Of a stretch of DNA of 64,000 nucleotides, positions 29,032-38,340 are shown piece after piece. Where the stretch lies: positions 186,001 through 250,000 of IMG/VR virus record IMGVR_UViG_3300005613_000001; one strand, written 5' to 3'. The position numbers and the translations under genes were made by a program. The notes under the pieces are model-generated. The model searched no databases. It was given only the letters and a program-made list of their open reading frames with translations, and was not told the DNA's origin. How positions within the stretch are numbered: the first letter of the stretch is position 1; each line of letters opens with the position of its first letter.

Positions 29032-29793
29032 ATGAAACGAGCATTATTAGTTGGTATAAATAATTACCAGGAACCAGGAAGTGATTTGTCAGGCTGTTTA
29101 AACGATGTGGCATTCATGCAAGCCCATATTCGCAAATATGGATTTGAAGAAATGCAAACGCTTAAAAACAGCCAAGCAACTAAGAACAATATATTGACCG
29201 CACTCACCAATTTAGTTGATAGTTCCGAGGCGGGAGATAAAATTCTATATTACCACAGCGGTCACGGAACTCGCGTGGTAGATGGCTTTGATGGAGATGA
29301 AACAGACAGCATGGATGAATGCCTTGTCTCCTACGATCACGATTGGATGGAACCGCTTCGTGACGACCTTATTGCCAAAGCAATCAGTGGCATCCACCCA
29401 AAAGCACGCCTCTATTTAATTATAGACACCTGCCACAGCGGGACTATCACTGATATTATATCAAATGGGAAAATAAAATCTATCCCAATGCCACCAGAAA
29501 TGGAAGAATATGCTTTACGAAAGGAATTAAAAGTCAAAAGAGATGTTCGCCCTAAAACATTAAACCATATTCTTTTATCAGGATGCAAACCCCATGAATA
29601 CAGCTATGAAGCAGTAGTAGATGGGAAAATCAGAGGATTAATGACATGGGGTTTTATTAAAACCACACAGCGAAGAAAGCCCTGGAATAGAGTGATTTCA
29701 GCCGTTAGAAAACAAGTTACCAGACAACAACCAGGACAGCATCCTGTGTTGGCGGGGAAACCTAGACTTAGAAAAGAATTAATATTTAAGTAA
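29032..29793 (+). CDS. Caspase-family (C14, metacaspase-like) cysteine protease
   Basis: KRALLVGINNY, LSGCLND, YHSGHG and DTCHSG His-Cys dyad. Confidence 0.88.
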   Translation: MKRALLVGINNYQEPGSDLSGCLNDVAFMQAHIRKYGFEEMQTLKNSQATKNNILTALTNLVDSSEAGDKILYYHSGHGTRVVDGFDGDETDSMDECLVSYDHDWMEPLRDDLIAKAISGIHPKARLYLIIDTCHSGTITDIISNGKIKSIPMPPEMEEYALRKELKVKRDVRPKTLNHILLSGCKPHEYSYEAVVDGKIRGLMTWGFIKTTQRRKPWNRVISAVRKQVTRQQPGQHPVLAGKPRLRKELIFK

Positions 29794-29807
29794 CCCTAAA
29801 TTAAGTT

Positions 29808-30461
29808 ATGATTGTAGCTACGTATTTAACAGATTCTCACAAACAACTCTACGAGGAGTTTTTTGAACCGTCTGCTACTAAAAATGGGTGGGAAATCTAC
29901 AAAGTGGAAGGGCCGCAGGTTGGGTGCGGGCACTTTGGCGAGCCAGATTGGCCGGAAATGATGAGGCGGAAAGCTCGGGCAATGTATGATGCTATATGTA
30001 CTTACCCAAATGAAATCATACTATATGCCGATTGCGACATATATTTTGCCCGAGACTTCAACTGTAAGAAGCTTCTGGGAGATAACCTCTTGGCAGCCCA
30101 GGTAAGCGACAGAAGAGAAATGTGTGCAGGCTTAATGATAATTAATTGCACGCAAGAAATTAAAAGGATGTATAGAAAAATATATCGCTCTAAGAGATTC
30201 TATCAGCCAGGGAATCTAATGAGCGATCAAGATGCATTAAATCACTTTGTAAAAAAAGATAAAATCCCTCGCAAACTCATACCTAGACATCTATTTTGGT
30301 GTCCAGCTATTGTGAAGCGATGGGAGAGATGGCAAGAAGTGGATTCAATTGAACAAATTCAACCTATACCTAAAACTATACTAGCTGCCCATGCTAATTG
30401 GTGTAGGGGTCTTGAATTAAAAAAGGAAATTTTAAACTACGTGAAACAATGCATAAATTAA
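29808..30461 (+). CDS. Nucleotide-diphospho-sugar transferase (GT77-like)
   Basis: LYADCDIYF DxD, CAGLM, SDQDALN, AHANW. Confidence 0.7.
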   Translation: MIVATYLTDSHKQLYEEFFEPSATKNGWEIYKVEGPQVGCGHFGEPDWPEMMRRKARAMYDAICTYPNEIILYADCDIYFARDFNCKKLLGDNLLAAQVSDRREMCAGLMIINCTQEIKRMYRKIYRSKRFYQPGNLMSDQDALNHFVKKDKIPRKLIPRHLFWCPAIVKRWERWQEVDSIEQIQPIPKTILAAHANWCRGLELKKEILNYVKQCIN

Positions 30462-31042
30462 AACACACTCACATGAGAACTAAAAGGAATTCGCCAGGAC
30501 TCCATAAGCTCTGTAATTCGATCCCAGAAAAACACAGAAATCTTCTTGTAGAAATTGGAAGTTTCTACGGAGAATCCACAGCAATCTTTGCAGGGCACTT
30601 TAAACAAGTAATCGCAATTGATCCTTGGGATTTCAAAGGCTGCAACGAATTAAATAAGGGTTCAAAGAATAGCAGCGAGAAGCTAATCACAGGAAAAATG
30701 GCTGAGGAGCGATTTGACGAAAATGTAGGCAAAATAGAAAATATTAAAAAAATCAAAGCATACGACCATGATGTAGTTGACTCTTTTGAAGACAACTCCA
30801 TCGATTGCATCTATATTGACAGCATACACACTTTTGAAGCGTGTGGGCTCACGATATTAAGATGGTGGCCCAAAGTTAAAAACTATGGATACATAGCGGG
30901 ACACGATTTTACGCCAATGTGGCCGGGTATCCAAAAAGTGGTAAAAATAATAGCACAAATGACAAAACAAAGAATGCGCCGATTTAAAGGGGATTGTAGT
31001 TGGCTACTACAAAAAAGAGTTTTCACCCCGCATCAAGTATAA
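30449..31042 (+). CDS. Class I SAM-dependent methyltransferase (Methyltransf_24-like)
   Basis: VEIGSFYGES, AIDPW, IYIDSIH, IAGHDF. Confidence 0.8.
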   Translation: MHKLKHTHMRTKRNSPGLHKLCNSIPEKHRNLLVEIGSFYGESTAIFAGHFKQVIAIDPWDFKGCNELNKGSKNSSEKLITGKMAEERFDENVGKIENIKKIKAYDHDVVDSFEDNSIDCIYIDSIHTFEACGLTILRWWPKVKNYGYIAGHDFTPMWPGIQKVVKIIAQMTKQRMRRFKGDCSWLLQKRVFTPHQV

Positions 31043-31424
31043 CTTCTAACAAATTCTTATCTCCCACCTTCTCATAAACCAAACTTGTAATTGCCATTCT
31101 CTGAACCTCATATCCCACCTTTGCTAAATCTTCAGTCATGTATTGTGCAGCGACACTATTGCAAGAATGTACCACCACCTTTTTAACATCGGGCTTATTT
31201 ACCGCCATCCATCTAACAACTTCGCTACCTGTATTCGGATGAGCAGGATCAACATAGACCTCCCCACCTAAATCATGGTCCAAAAAAACAATGTCCCACG
31301 GTTCCTCAGCCGCCTCTAATACTTCAATACATTCAGAGGCGGTTGAGGTAACCGTGGCGTATGGCGCAAAGCTGCGGAATAACCTTGTTCTCTCAGGCGA
31401 ATCATCAAGCCATAACACATTCAT
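31023..31424 (-). CDS. Cyclic-phosphate-processing receiver-domain protein
   Basis: LWLDD, IVFLDHDLG, TGSEVVRWM, VHSCN. Confidence 0.7.
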   Translation of the reverse strand: MNVLWLDDSPERTRLFRSFAPYATVTSTASECIEVLEAAEEPWDIVFLDHDLGGEVYVDPAHPNTGSEVVRWMAVNKPDVKKVVVHSCNSVAAQYMTEDLAKVGYEVQRMAITSLVYEKVGDKNLLEVILDAG

Positions 31425-32233
31425 TCTTTTCTATTCCTTCTCTTAAACAACATCATACCAAAAAATGCCGTCAAAAGCAAAGCGATCTGGGATGGTTCCG
31501 GCACTCTACCCATCAAGTTATCATTTCCACATTCCATTGTGAAGTGCGTATAAAACTCATCGCCCGCTGACGCCAAGTATGGCCCATCATCCATGAATCC
31601 CAAATCAATACCTCTAATTCGATAGTGCCAAGTATGGTGACCATCTGCGCCTGTGAAGCCTGTCTCGGCATCAGTTAAATTACTCTCGTACAAGAAAGCC
31701 CCTTCATCTATTGCCTGTCCACCGGAAACATAGCGGACAGGATTCGCTATATCCATCTCCGGTCGTGTTGCTAAACTTAGAATTGAATCGGAACCAATTT
31801 CATAAACTGTGTATTGGTTGCTATCAAAATTCAATCTAATGGCATAATTATAACCAAAGATGTTTGGCATTGTGCCACTACCTGTTCCCGCCGCTGCATC
31901 ACCATAAATTGGTTTCTGACGAGCGATAAAAATGTCGCCCGAATCGTACCCCTCATAGCCCGTCGCAAAGTTAAAACCCCCAACCATACCAAGTTGTCGC
32001 CCTTCTAGGAAGACTGACTCTAAATCATACTTTTGTGTGCCGTGACTATCAGGTTCTACTTCCTGATCTTCGTGAATCCCCTCTCTGGCATCATCGCCAG
32101 CCCACCAGGGATCGTGGGGGCGGGCACCATAGGCAATTGAGTCATCAAAGATAGTAATGTCAGTGGCTTCGCCAAGTGCGTAGCCCGAGGCCATTGCCCA
32201 ACACACCACAAAAATTGTAAAGAACCTCATCAC
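31421..32233 (-). CDS. PEP-CTERM sorting-domain surface protein
   Basis: N-terminal signal peptide; C-terminal VPEPSQIALLLTAFFGMMLFKRRNRKE (VPEP, TM helix, basic tail). Confidence 0.9.
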   Translation of the reverse strand: MMRFFTIFVVCWAMASGYALGEATDITIFDDSIAYGARPHDPWWAGDDAREGIHEDQEVEPDSHGTQKYDLESVFLEGRQLGMVGGFNFATGYEGYDSGDIFIARQKPIYGDAAAGTGSGTMPNIFGYNYAIRLNFDSNQYTVYEIGSDSILSLATRPEMDIANPVRYVSGGQAIDEGAFLYESNLTDAETGFTGADGHHTWHYRIRGIDLGFMDDGPYLASAGDEFYTHFTMECGNDNLMGRVPEPSQIALLLTAFFGMMLFKRRNRKE

Positions 32234-32301
32234 ACACCTCCATTCGAGTAGTGGAAGAAAAAACGATCCATTTTTACATCATACCACAAATAGGCTGACT
32301 G

Positions 32302-33156
32302 TTAAGCAAATTTCTTGCGAAGCCACCATCTTTTGAGTTGCTGCAATGGATGGCGATTACCCCCCCATAGAAAGCCCCTCTTTAACATGTGGCGGTAGGC
32401 GTCAAACTGAAAATAATAGGGGGCTTGCGACACTTCACCCCGCCCCAAAAGAATTTTAAGAGCCTCAGCCGAAGCGACTCCGCTACACAACTGACAAGCT
32501 AGAGAAGCTGAGGGGCCTTTGCCGGTATCAGGTTCTACCTTATCAAAATCTAAATAGGTAATATGAGTATGCGAAGGTGCAAGTCCTACAGCAAATGCCA
32601 CAAGTTTATCCATATGATCCATTGAATCATTTAAATCAAAGTAATCATCAAATGACATACCTGTTGGGTGGAATGAAAGCCAGGCTGTACTAAAGCCCAC
32701 GGGGCCTGCTGTGACTGCCCAGATGCCCCTTTCACGCGCGGTGGCGAACAACAAGCGTCTAGCGTCAATAGAAAAGAAATCAATACCATCAACAAATAAA
32801 TCGGCATCATCAAGGAATCTAGAAACGTTGTCTTGCGAGATGGGTTCATGAAAAATGCGAAAATCAATATTAGGATTGATAGCCAGGGCCATATCAACCA
32901 TTGATTCAACTTTACTATGACCTATCGTAGCTGTTGTTGCTCCACACTGACGATTGAAATTAGCAACTTCAAATGTATCAGGATCAGCAATTGTAAATTT
33001 GCCAACCCCCAGGCGAGTCAAGGTAAGCAAATGAATACCCCCGACACCACCCATGCCAGCAATTGCTACCCGACTATTGCGAACAACACTCTGTTCATCT
33101 GAGGCGATCAAGCCCTGATTGCGGGCAAAAGCCTCTTCGTAAGACCAAGAATCCAT
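32302..33156 (-). CDS. ThiF/MoeB/E1-family adenylyltransferase
   Basis: VAIAGMGGVGG, ADPDTFEVANFNRQ, LFVDGID, ACQLCSG; start ATG 33156 (alternative TTG 33171). Confidence 0.85.
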   Translation of the reverse strand: MDSWSYEEAFARNQGLIASDEQSVVRNSRVAIAGMGGVGGIHLLTLTRLGVGKFTIADPDTFEVANFNRQCGATTATIGHSKVESMVDMALAINPNIDFRIFHEPISQDNVSRFLDDADLFVDGIDFFSIDARRLLFATARERGIWAVTAGPVGFSTAWLSFHPTGMSFDDYFDLNDSMDHMDKLVAFAVGLAPSHTHITYLDFDKVEPDTGKGPSASLACQLCSGVASAEALKILLGRGEVSQAPYYFQFDAYRHMLKRGFLWGGNRHPLQQLKRWWLRKKFA

Positions 33157-33479
33157 TTTAAGATTATCCAAATACTAAGCCCGGTAATGTATACTAAGAA
33201 CACCGGCCACCAAAAGAAAACAGCTTTTAGTAAAACGGGCAAATCGTACCTTATAAAATCACATGGGATATCTCGGGTGTCATAGAGAAACACGCCGGTA
33301 AAAAACAAAATGAATACCGGCCACCAGAAAACGTAAGTCGTAAATGTTTGCCACGCTATGCTTGGCATTTCTCTGACGGTCTGCCAAAATCCTTTTCTAT
33401 AGACAGACACTTGCCGATAGGCAAATGGGAACAGGAGTTGGTCGCCGTCTTTCTTGCGTTCCACGGTAATCCAGGGCAT
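33108..33479 (-). CDS. Membrane protein with a duplicated FWWPVF helix
   Basis: Two similar TM segments, VFWWPVFILFFTG and FFWWPVFLVYITG. Confidence 0.5.
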   Translation of the reverse strand: MPWITVERKKDGDQLLFPFAYRQVSVYRKGFWQTVREMPSIAWQTFTTYVFWWPVFILFFTGVFLYDTRDIPCDFIRYDLPVLLKAVFFWWPVFLVYITGLSIWIILKWILGLTKRLLPAIRA

Positions 33480-33898
33480 TCCTTAAACCACCATTTTAGA
33501 TTCCAATAGATAGGAAACAAAAACCAACCAACCGTCCAGGGTATGAAAAGCACAAGCCAAATCAGATGCCAAATAATAATGGCAATCCACACCTTGTCTG
33601 TATCAAAGCAAATTCTTTTGTTGTTTTCCTTTAATGCTTGATCTTGCTTACCCTTAGATATCCCTTCCCACCTTCCTAAAAACCACCACGGCGCAGTTTT
33701 ATTTTCTTCATGAGGCAAAACATGATTAAAATGTAAAGCATGACCTTTTTCATTTCTTACAATAAAGTGATAAGGCCATATTGGAGAATCTGAATTTACT
33801 CCAACAAGACTTTTTACTTTGCCCTTCATGAAAAGATAAAAAGTAGCAAAGAAACAATTACCATAAAATTCCTTTGGTATCTGCACGGCTCCCTCCAA
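33356..33898 (-). CDS. Hypothetical membrane protein
   Basis: 180-aa ORF with a Trp-rich TM segment; overlaps the next gene by 124 nt. Confidence 0.5.
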   Translation of the reverse strand: MEGAVQIPKEFYGNCFFATFYLFMKGKVKSLVGVNSDSPIWPYHFIVRNEKGHALHFNHVLPHEENKTAPWWFLGRWEGISKGKQDQALKENNKRICFDTDKVWIAIIIWHLIWLVLFIPWTVGWFLFPIYWNLKWWFKECPGLPWNARKTATNSCSHLPIGKCLSIEKDFGRPSEKCQA

Positions 33899-33931
33899 TG
33901 TGTACAGATATCTACCGTTATTAACGGCATT

Positions 33932-35005
33932 TTATACAACATTGGAGTTTGCATTCTTTTCAGCTTTTAACCTGAGATGACGCTGCCTCTTTCTTTCTAA
34001 ATCATGCTTACGACGGCACGATTCTCCACACAACTTGGCATATCTTCTTTTGGGTGTAAACTTCTTGCCACACCACACACAAATCTTCACTGCTGGTTCT
34101 GATTTCTGCTTCTGCCAATTATATTTTTCACGACACTTAACCGAACAATATTTTTGGTGACCTATGTGATTCTGGGCTGGTAAAAACTTGCTGCCGCAAT
34201 ACAAACACTCGTAGTATGGATCGTAGTCGGGATCATAATAATTTTTGAGATCCTGAATTGCTAATAGCAAAGCATAGCTTATGCTTCCCTCCGAGGTCTG
34301 CATTTCCTTGGCAAGCTTTCTTGTTCCTGTTTTCTCTTCTCCACACAATCCATAATGCATACAAAATATTTCCCGACGAGCTTCATCAGGAATAGAATGT
34401 TTTATATTCCTCTCTACCTCAGCTAAACAAGGGAAAATATCATTACCAAGAGGAAATTGGTTTGTAGACTCCACTTGTTGTTTTACCGCATGTAACGCAG
34501 GGAACCCTAATTCAATCTCACCAACCTGTTTAGCAGCCAACAAAAAGAGTATTCGTTTCTTGCTAAGAAACAACATCTCTGCCAGTTCATCAACAGTGAA
34601 GTGGTACTCGCCAAGATTTTCAGTATCAATTAACTTTCTAAGATTCCTCCAAACATTTCGTGGAATGACAATAAGATTGGAAGCGCGGATGGTCTCAATA
34701 ACCGCACGACGGGCAAGGGAATAAGCATATCCCTGAAGAGATCGCGCCTTATCTTCAGACCATGTATCTACAGCCTGAATGACGGCGCATTGAGCAGTTT
34801 GAACTAGATCTTCAAAATCTGCTTTACAATGCTTTGAGCGATATTTATACGCAACTCTATAAGCGAGTCGCATAAGAGACTTAATGAGCCGCTGTCTTGC
34901 TTGCTCGTCGCCGGATTTCGCTTGGAAGAAATATTCTAGTGTCTGCCCGTTAAGAGACTCACAATCAGGGTCATTTAAGTATCCGAATACATTCGGATAA
35001 GCCAT
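33932..35005 (-). CDS. Sigma-70-family RNA polymerase sigma factor with two C-terminal zinc-finger repeats
   Basis: GDEQARQRLIKSLMRLAYRVAYKY, FEDLVQ (region 2); region-4-like HTH; CLYCG...YCSVKC and CVWCG...LCGESC. Confidence 0.8.
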   Translation of the reverse strand: MAYPNVFGYLNDPDCESLNGQTLEYFFQAKSGDEQARQRLIKSLMRLAYRVAYKYRSKHCKADFEDLVQTAQCAVIQAVDTWSEDKARSLQGYAYSLARRAVIETIRASNLIVIPRNVWRNLRKLIDTENLGEYHFTVDELAEMLFLSKKRILFLLAAKQVGEIELGFPALHAVKQQVESTNQFPLGNDIFPCLAEVERNIKHSIPDEARREIFCMHYGLCGEEKTGTRKLAKEMQTSEGSISYALLLAIQDLKNYYDPDYDPYYECLYCGSKFLPAQNHIGHQKYCSVKCREKYNWQKQKSEPAVKICVWCGKKFTPKRRYAKLCGESCRRKHDLERKRQRHLRLKAEKNANSNVV

Positions 35006-35076
35006 TGTACCACGCTCTCCTTACGGTACATTTTTGACCTCCCACAATAAGTTGCCAATCCATTGATGTTAATTCC

Positions 35077-35105
35077 ATTGTAAGAGATGTAGTGGGTTAT
35101 GTCAA
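35077..35105 (-). promoter_or_regulatory. Sigma-70-type promoter for the phage sigma gene
   Basis: TTGACA-17 nt-TACAAT on the minus strand. Confidence 0.7.
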
Positions 35106-35344
35106 GTAGGCCCATCATACGGATAATCAGGGCCATATAAATAAACTGGGTAATAAATCACAAATCCAACAATCAGGAAGCCAACGCCCAAGCCCACCAA
35201 CACCCAGTCATACCATATAAATGCCCAATCATGTGCCTTCCAAATCTCTACAAGAGTGGGGGATATTTGAAGAAAAAAACGGAAAACAAATCCAAGCAAA
35301 CAAACTAAACCAATGTACCGTAGATAGCGGCCAAATCTCTGCAT
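35102..35344 (-). CDS. Small membrane protein
   Basis: Two hydrophobic helices. Confidence 0.5.
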   Translation of the reverse strand: MQRFGRYLRYIGLVCLLGFVFRFFLQISPTLVEIWKAHDWAFIWYDWVLVGLGVGFLIVGFVIYYPVYLYGPDYPYDGPT

Positions 35345-35348
35345 TGAT

Positions 35349-35984
35349 TTACCTAAGTTTATTTGGAACCACCGGCTGGTTCATCCACAATTGATCGGTT
35401 TGAACATGGTGAGGACGAACCCACTTGCCAACGTGATTTTGGAAATCGTTATAGCCAAAACCTTCAACAGTCCTAATCACATAGCCTTCCTTCGTATCAC
35501 CAAAAGCCGAAGCTTCTGTCAACGGGTTTAATCTACTAAATTTTTCTTTCGACCACAACCCCACAAATTCTACAGGCACAACTTCTAACCCTAAGTCGCT
35601 AGCCATTTGTACAGTATCCGGCCAAGAAAGGCAAAAGTTGTGTTCATTATAAACTGCAAAAACGTAAAAGTACGCAGTTAGCCGATCATAAAAAATACTG
35701 TGCTTGGCGAACATGTTTTCTCCACAAATTCGCCAACCTTGAGGAATTAAATGCGCAATACCACCCCATAATCCCTTCACTAAATTCCTTGATGGGTGAT
35801 TTCTAGAATCTAGGCTGCGGGCATGGAAATGGTCACGATACATAGACGTATTTTCACCGTCCAGTTTTTCAGTTAAGACAACCTCTTTACCTTGAAACTG
35901 CTGGGTGCTTTCCAATATCCGATCTGCCGAGCTTGTCCCCGGTGACCACGGAAAGTGAAACGTCTTAGGGTATTTGAATAACAT
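35349..35984 (-). CDS. ATP-dependent RNA ligase family protein
   Basis: TEKLDGEN motif I, CGENMF, FYVFAV, EGYVIR, KWVR. Confidence 0.85.
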   Translation of the reverse strand: MLFKYPKTFHFPWSPGTSSADRILESTQQFQGKEVVLTEKLDGENTSMYRDHFHARSLDSRNHPSRNLVKGLWGGIAHLIPQGWRICGENMFAKHSIFYDRLTAYFYVFAVYNEHNFCLSWPDTVQMASDLGLEVVPVEFVGLWSKEKFSRLNPLTEASAFGDTKEGYVIRTVEGFGYNDFQNHVGKWVRPHHVQTDQLWMNQPVVPNKLR

Positions 35985-36041
35985 GACAAACCTAAACTAA
36001 TAAGAATAAATATTTTTAAAGGATTTTATGCAAGGAGTGCC

Positions 36042-36725
36042 GTGATAGTAAGTAGGACACATAAATTTATCTTTCTTAAAAGCGTTAAAACAGCAGGGAC
36101 TAGTATTCAAGTGGCTTTGTCTCCCTTTTTAGTCCCAGGAGTAGATTGTGGATGTGGGGCTAGATGGTGTTCAACAAAATGCCCCTTTGTGGGAGGGAAC
36201 TGCTATCAACTTCTCAATCCAAAGAAGACCCCGCCGACACGCGAACAACTGCCGGGACACTATCGCAGAACACAATTCTTTTCTCCCCACGAAAGTTTAA
36301 AAAGCCTAGTAGCGACTCTACCTCAAGATGAAATTAAACAATACTTTAAATTTGTGTTTGTAAGAAACCCTTTTGATAGATTAGTCTCTCGTTATTGGCA
36401 TCTTGGAGGGCCTAAAAAATATGATAGCTTTAACCAATTTGTTTTAAAATACCCATGTCTGCCTGGGAATTTCATATATCGTACATGGTGTAGATACAAT
36501 GAAATAAAAGTTGATTTCATTGGGAGATATGAAAACTTAAAGACAGATTTTAATTATATTTGTGATACTATCGGCTTGCCGAGAACTGAACTTCCCAGAT
36601 GTAGAGGCCAGCACCGGAAGGATAAAAAACATTACACAGAATATTATACAAAAGAATTGCGGGAATTAGTAGAAAGTTACTGTGCTGAGGATTTAAAACA
36701 ATTTAATTATAAATTTGGGGACTAA
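36042..36725 (+). CDS. Sulfotransferase family 2 protein
   Basis: FIFLKSVKTAGTSI, FVFVRNPFDRLVSRY, DFIGRYENL; AGGAG RBS, TAAATA at 36007-36012. Confidence 0.85.
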   Translation: MIVSRTHKFIFLKSVKTAGTSIQVALSPFLVPGVDCGCGARWCSTKCPFVGGNCYQLLNPKKTPPTREQLPGHYRRTQFFSPHESLKSLVATLPQDEIKQYFKFVFVRNPFDRLVSRYWHLGGPKKYDSFNQFVLKYPCLPGNFIYRTWCRYNEIKVDFIGRYENLKTDFNYICDTIGLPRTELPRCRGQHRKDKKHYTEYYTKELRELVESYCAEDLKQFNYKFGD

Positions 36726-37507
36726 ATATCAAGACCCGGCTCTTGCGGAAGTTCTAATCCAAGCACTTCCTTGAAAGATTCCTTCCATCTAACCTTGGGC
36801 TCATTCTTTAATTGCTCATATATTTCTTTAATTCGTTCGTCTGTCTGTCCAACTTCAATTCTGGCAATCGCTTCTTCACTTGTATCTGGCTGAACACGGT
36901 TGCGAACATCATTCATCTTTCCAATCCAAATACTGTCCGTTACAATAGGCTCAAGCCTATAAAATAAAGCAGCCACATTATCAGAATCTAACATCGGCTC
37001 TGCACTAACACTGGTCCTGAAACCGTTGCCAAATGCTAACGCCAAAGAAGCCAATCGTTCCTCAAACTTTGGGGCTACCGGCTCCCAATAAGATAAAATC
37101 TCATCATCCATTGCCCCAATGGTGAACCTAAAGAGGATTTGATCCTTGTATTCTTTAAACTTTGTACATATCTCCGCGATGCATTCCAGGTGAGGTTTGC
37201 TCACTATTAAAACATCATTGCCCGCCTCAAAAAGATTTTCTAGAACAGCCATACACGCATCAAAACCTTTAGGCGTAATATCATGCGTGGTGGGGAACAT
37301 TACAGTTCCATCAAATTTCTTTCTTTTCTTACGTACTTCTTTTGCACGAACCCTATGGTACGTAGTTCCCCATTCTTCTAAATTATTGATAAGTTTGAAC
37401 TTTTTCGCTTTAGCTCTTGCATAACAATACCTACAGCGATGGGGACACCCCAACACGCAATTAATGCTTGCAACAGCCCACTCACGGGTTCCGCTAATCA
37501 TTGCCAT
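36722..37507 (-). CDS. Radical SAM protein (SplB-like / phage radical SAM)
   Basis: CPHRCRYC (CxxxCxxC), SVSAEPM, WIGKMN. Confidence 0.75.
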   Translation of the reverse strand: MAMISGTREWAVASINCVLGCPHRCRYCYARAKAKKFKLINNLEEWGTTYHRVRAKEVRKKRKKFDGTVMFPTTHDITPKGFDACMAVLENLFEAGNDVLIVSKPHLECIAEICTKFKEYKDQILFRFTIGAMDDEILSYWEPVAPKFEERLASLALAFGNGFRTSVSAEPMLDSDNVAALFYRLEPIVTDSIWIGKMNDVRNRVQPDTSEEAIARIEVGQTDERIKEIYEQLKNEPKVRWKESFKEVLGLELPQEPGLDI

Positions 37508-37519
37508 TTTAGAATCCCT

Positions 37520-37672
37520 TTAGGCGGCTTCTTCTTGTTGATCTTGAGCCGAAATGACTTTAGAAATGTCACACGATTCTATAGCTTGGTGACATTGAAC
37601 ACAATGAACTTTAGTTCTTTGAACGATGAAAAGCAGACCGCCACAATTTGGACATCTCATGTCAGAATCCAT
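37520..37672 (-). CDS. 50-aa zinc-ribbon protein (below the ORF-track size cutoff)
   Basis: Hand translation MDSDMRCPNCGGLL...HCVQC...QDQQEEAA*; AGGA RBS. Confidence 0.65.
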   Translation of the reverse strand: MDSDMRCPNCGGLLFIVQRTKVHCVQCHQAIESCDISKVISAQDQQEEAA

Positions 37673-37776
37673 AATTTATCCTTTCTTGCTTTCGGTACAA
37701 TTCCTCTAATATAGATAGTAACAAAAGAGGCGAATTTTGACAACATTTGTTGTTATATATTACAATGCTTATGGCA

Positions 37777-38340
37777 TTAGTAGGGATTATTATGTTCTAC
37801 CACCGCTTCACAAAATTCTATAAGTTCATTGCCATCCCAAGTATTTTTAGCATATTGAGCCATTAAAGATACAAATTGAATATTATCTTTAGTGTAAGGT
37901 TTAGACGAATCAATTCGATCTAAACTTGCTCGCTTTGGATGATACATTTTAATCTTTTCAGCTTTTGCAGAACGAGATTGTGCCCTAATATCTAAATCCC
38001 AGCCAGTGTAAGGGCATTTTCCTCCTTGTTCGTCCCATTGATTCACTAAATCCTCAACCGACAAATCAAAACCATCATTTCTACCTTTATCAGAAAATTG
38101 ACGACGTTTGGCAGAGCGAAAAAAATTACGAAATGGAGTTAGTGAATTTTTTCGGGTGTGAGAGACAAGATTGGGATGCACAACACCCTTGGGCGGCTTC
38201 TCTAACTGATTAAAATTATCTTTTCCAACACACTTTCTACTACAATACGATCTCATTCCTCTTTTTTTTCGAAATTCAACTACCGATTTTTCTCTTTCAA
38301 AATAATTTCCACAATGAGAACATTTAACTTTAACATTCAT
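37777..38340 (-). CDS. Free-standing HNH-like putative homing endonuclease
   Basis: CSHC...YCSRKC N-terminal motif; CPYTG, SLDRIDSSKPYTKDNIQFV. Confidence 0.7.
   Translation of the reverse strand: MNVKVKCSHCGNYFEREKSVVEFRKKRGMRSYCSRKCVGKDNFNQLEKPPKGVVHPNLVSHTRKNSLTPFRNFFRSAKRRQFSDKGRNDGFDLSVEDLVNQWDEQGGKCPYTGWDLDIRAQSRSAKAEKIKMYHPKRASLDRIDSSKPYTKDNIQFVSLMAQYAKNTWDGNELIEFCEAVVEHNNPY

Noticed and set aside
37737-37766. Plus-strand TTGACA-18-TACAAT promoter pointing antisense into the HNH gene and tmRNA
   Set aside because: No downstream sense gene and a suboptimal spacer in an AT-rich region; cannot be distinguished from chance
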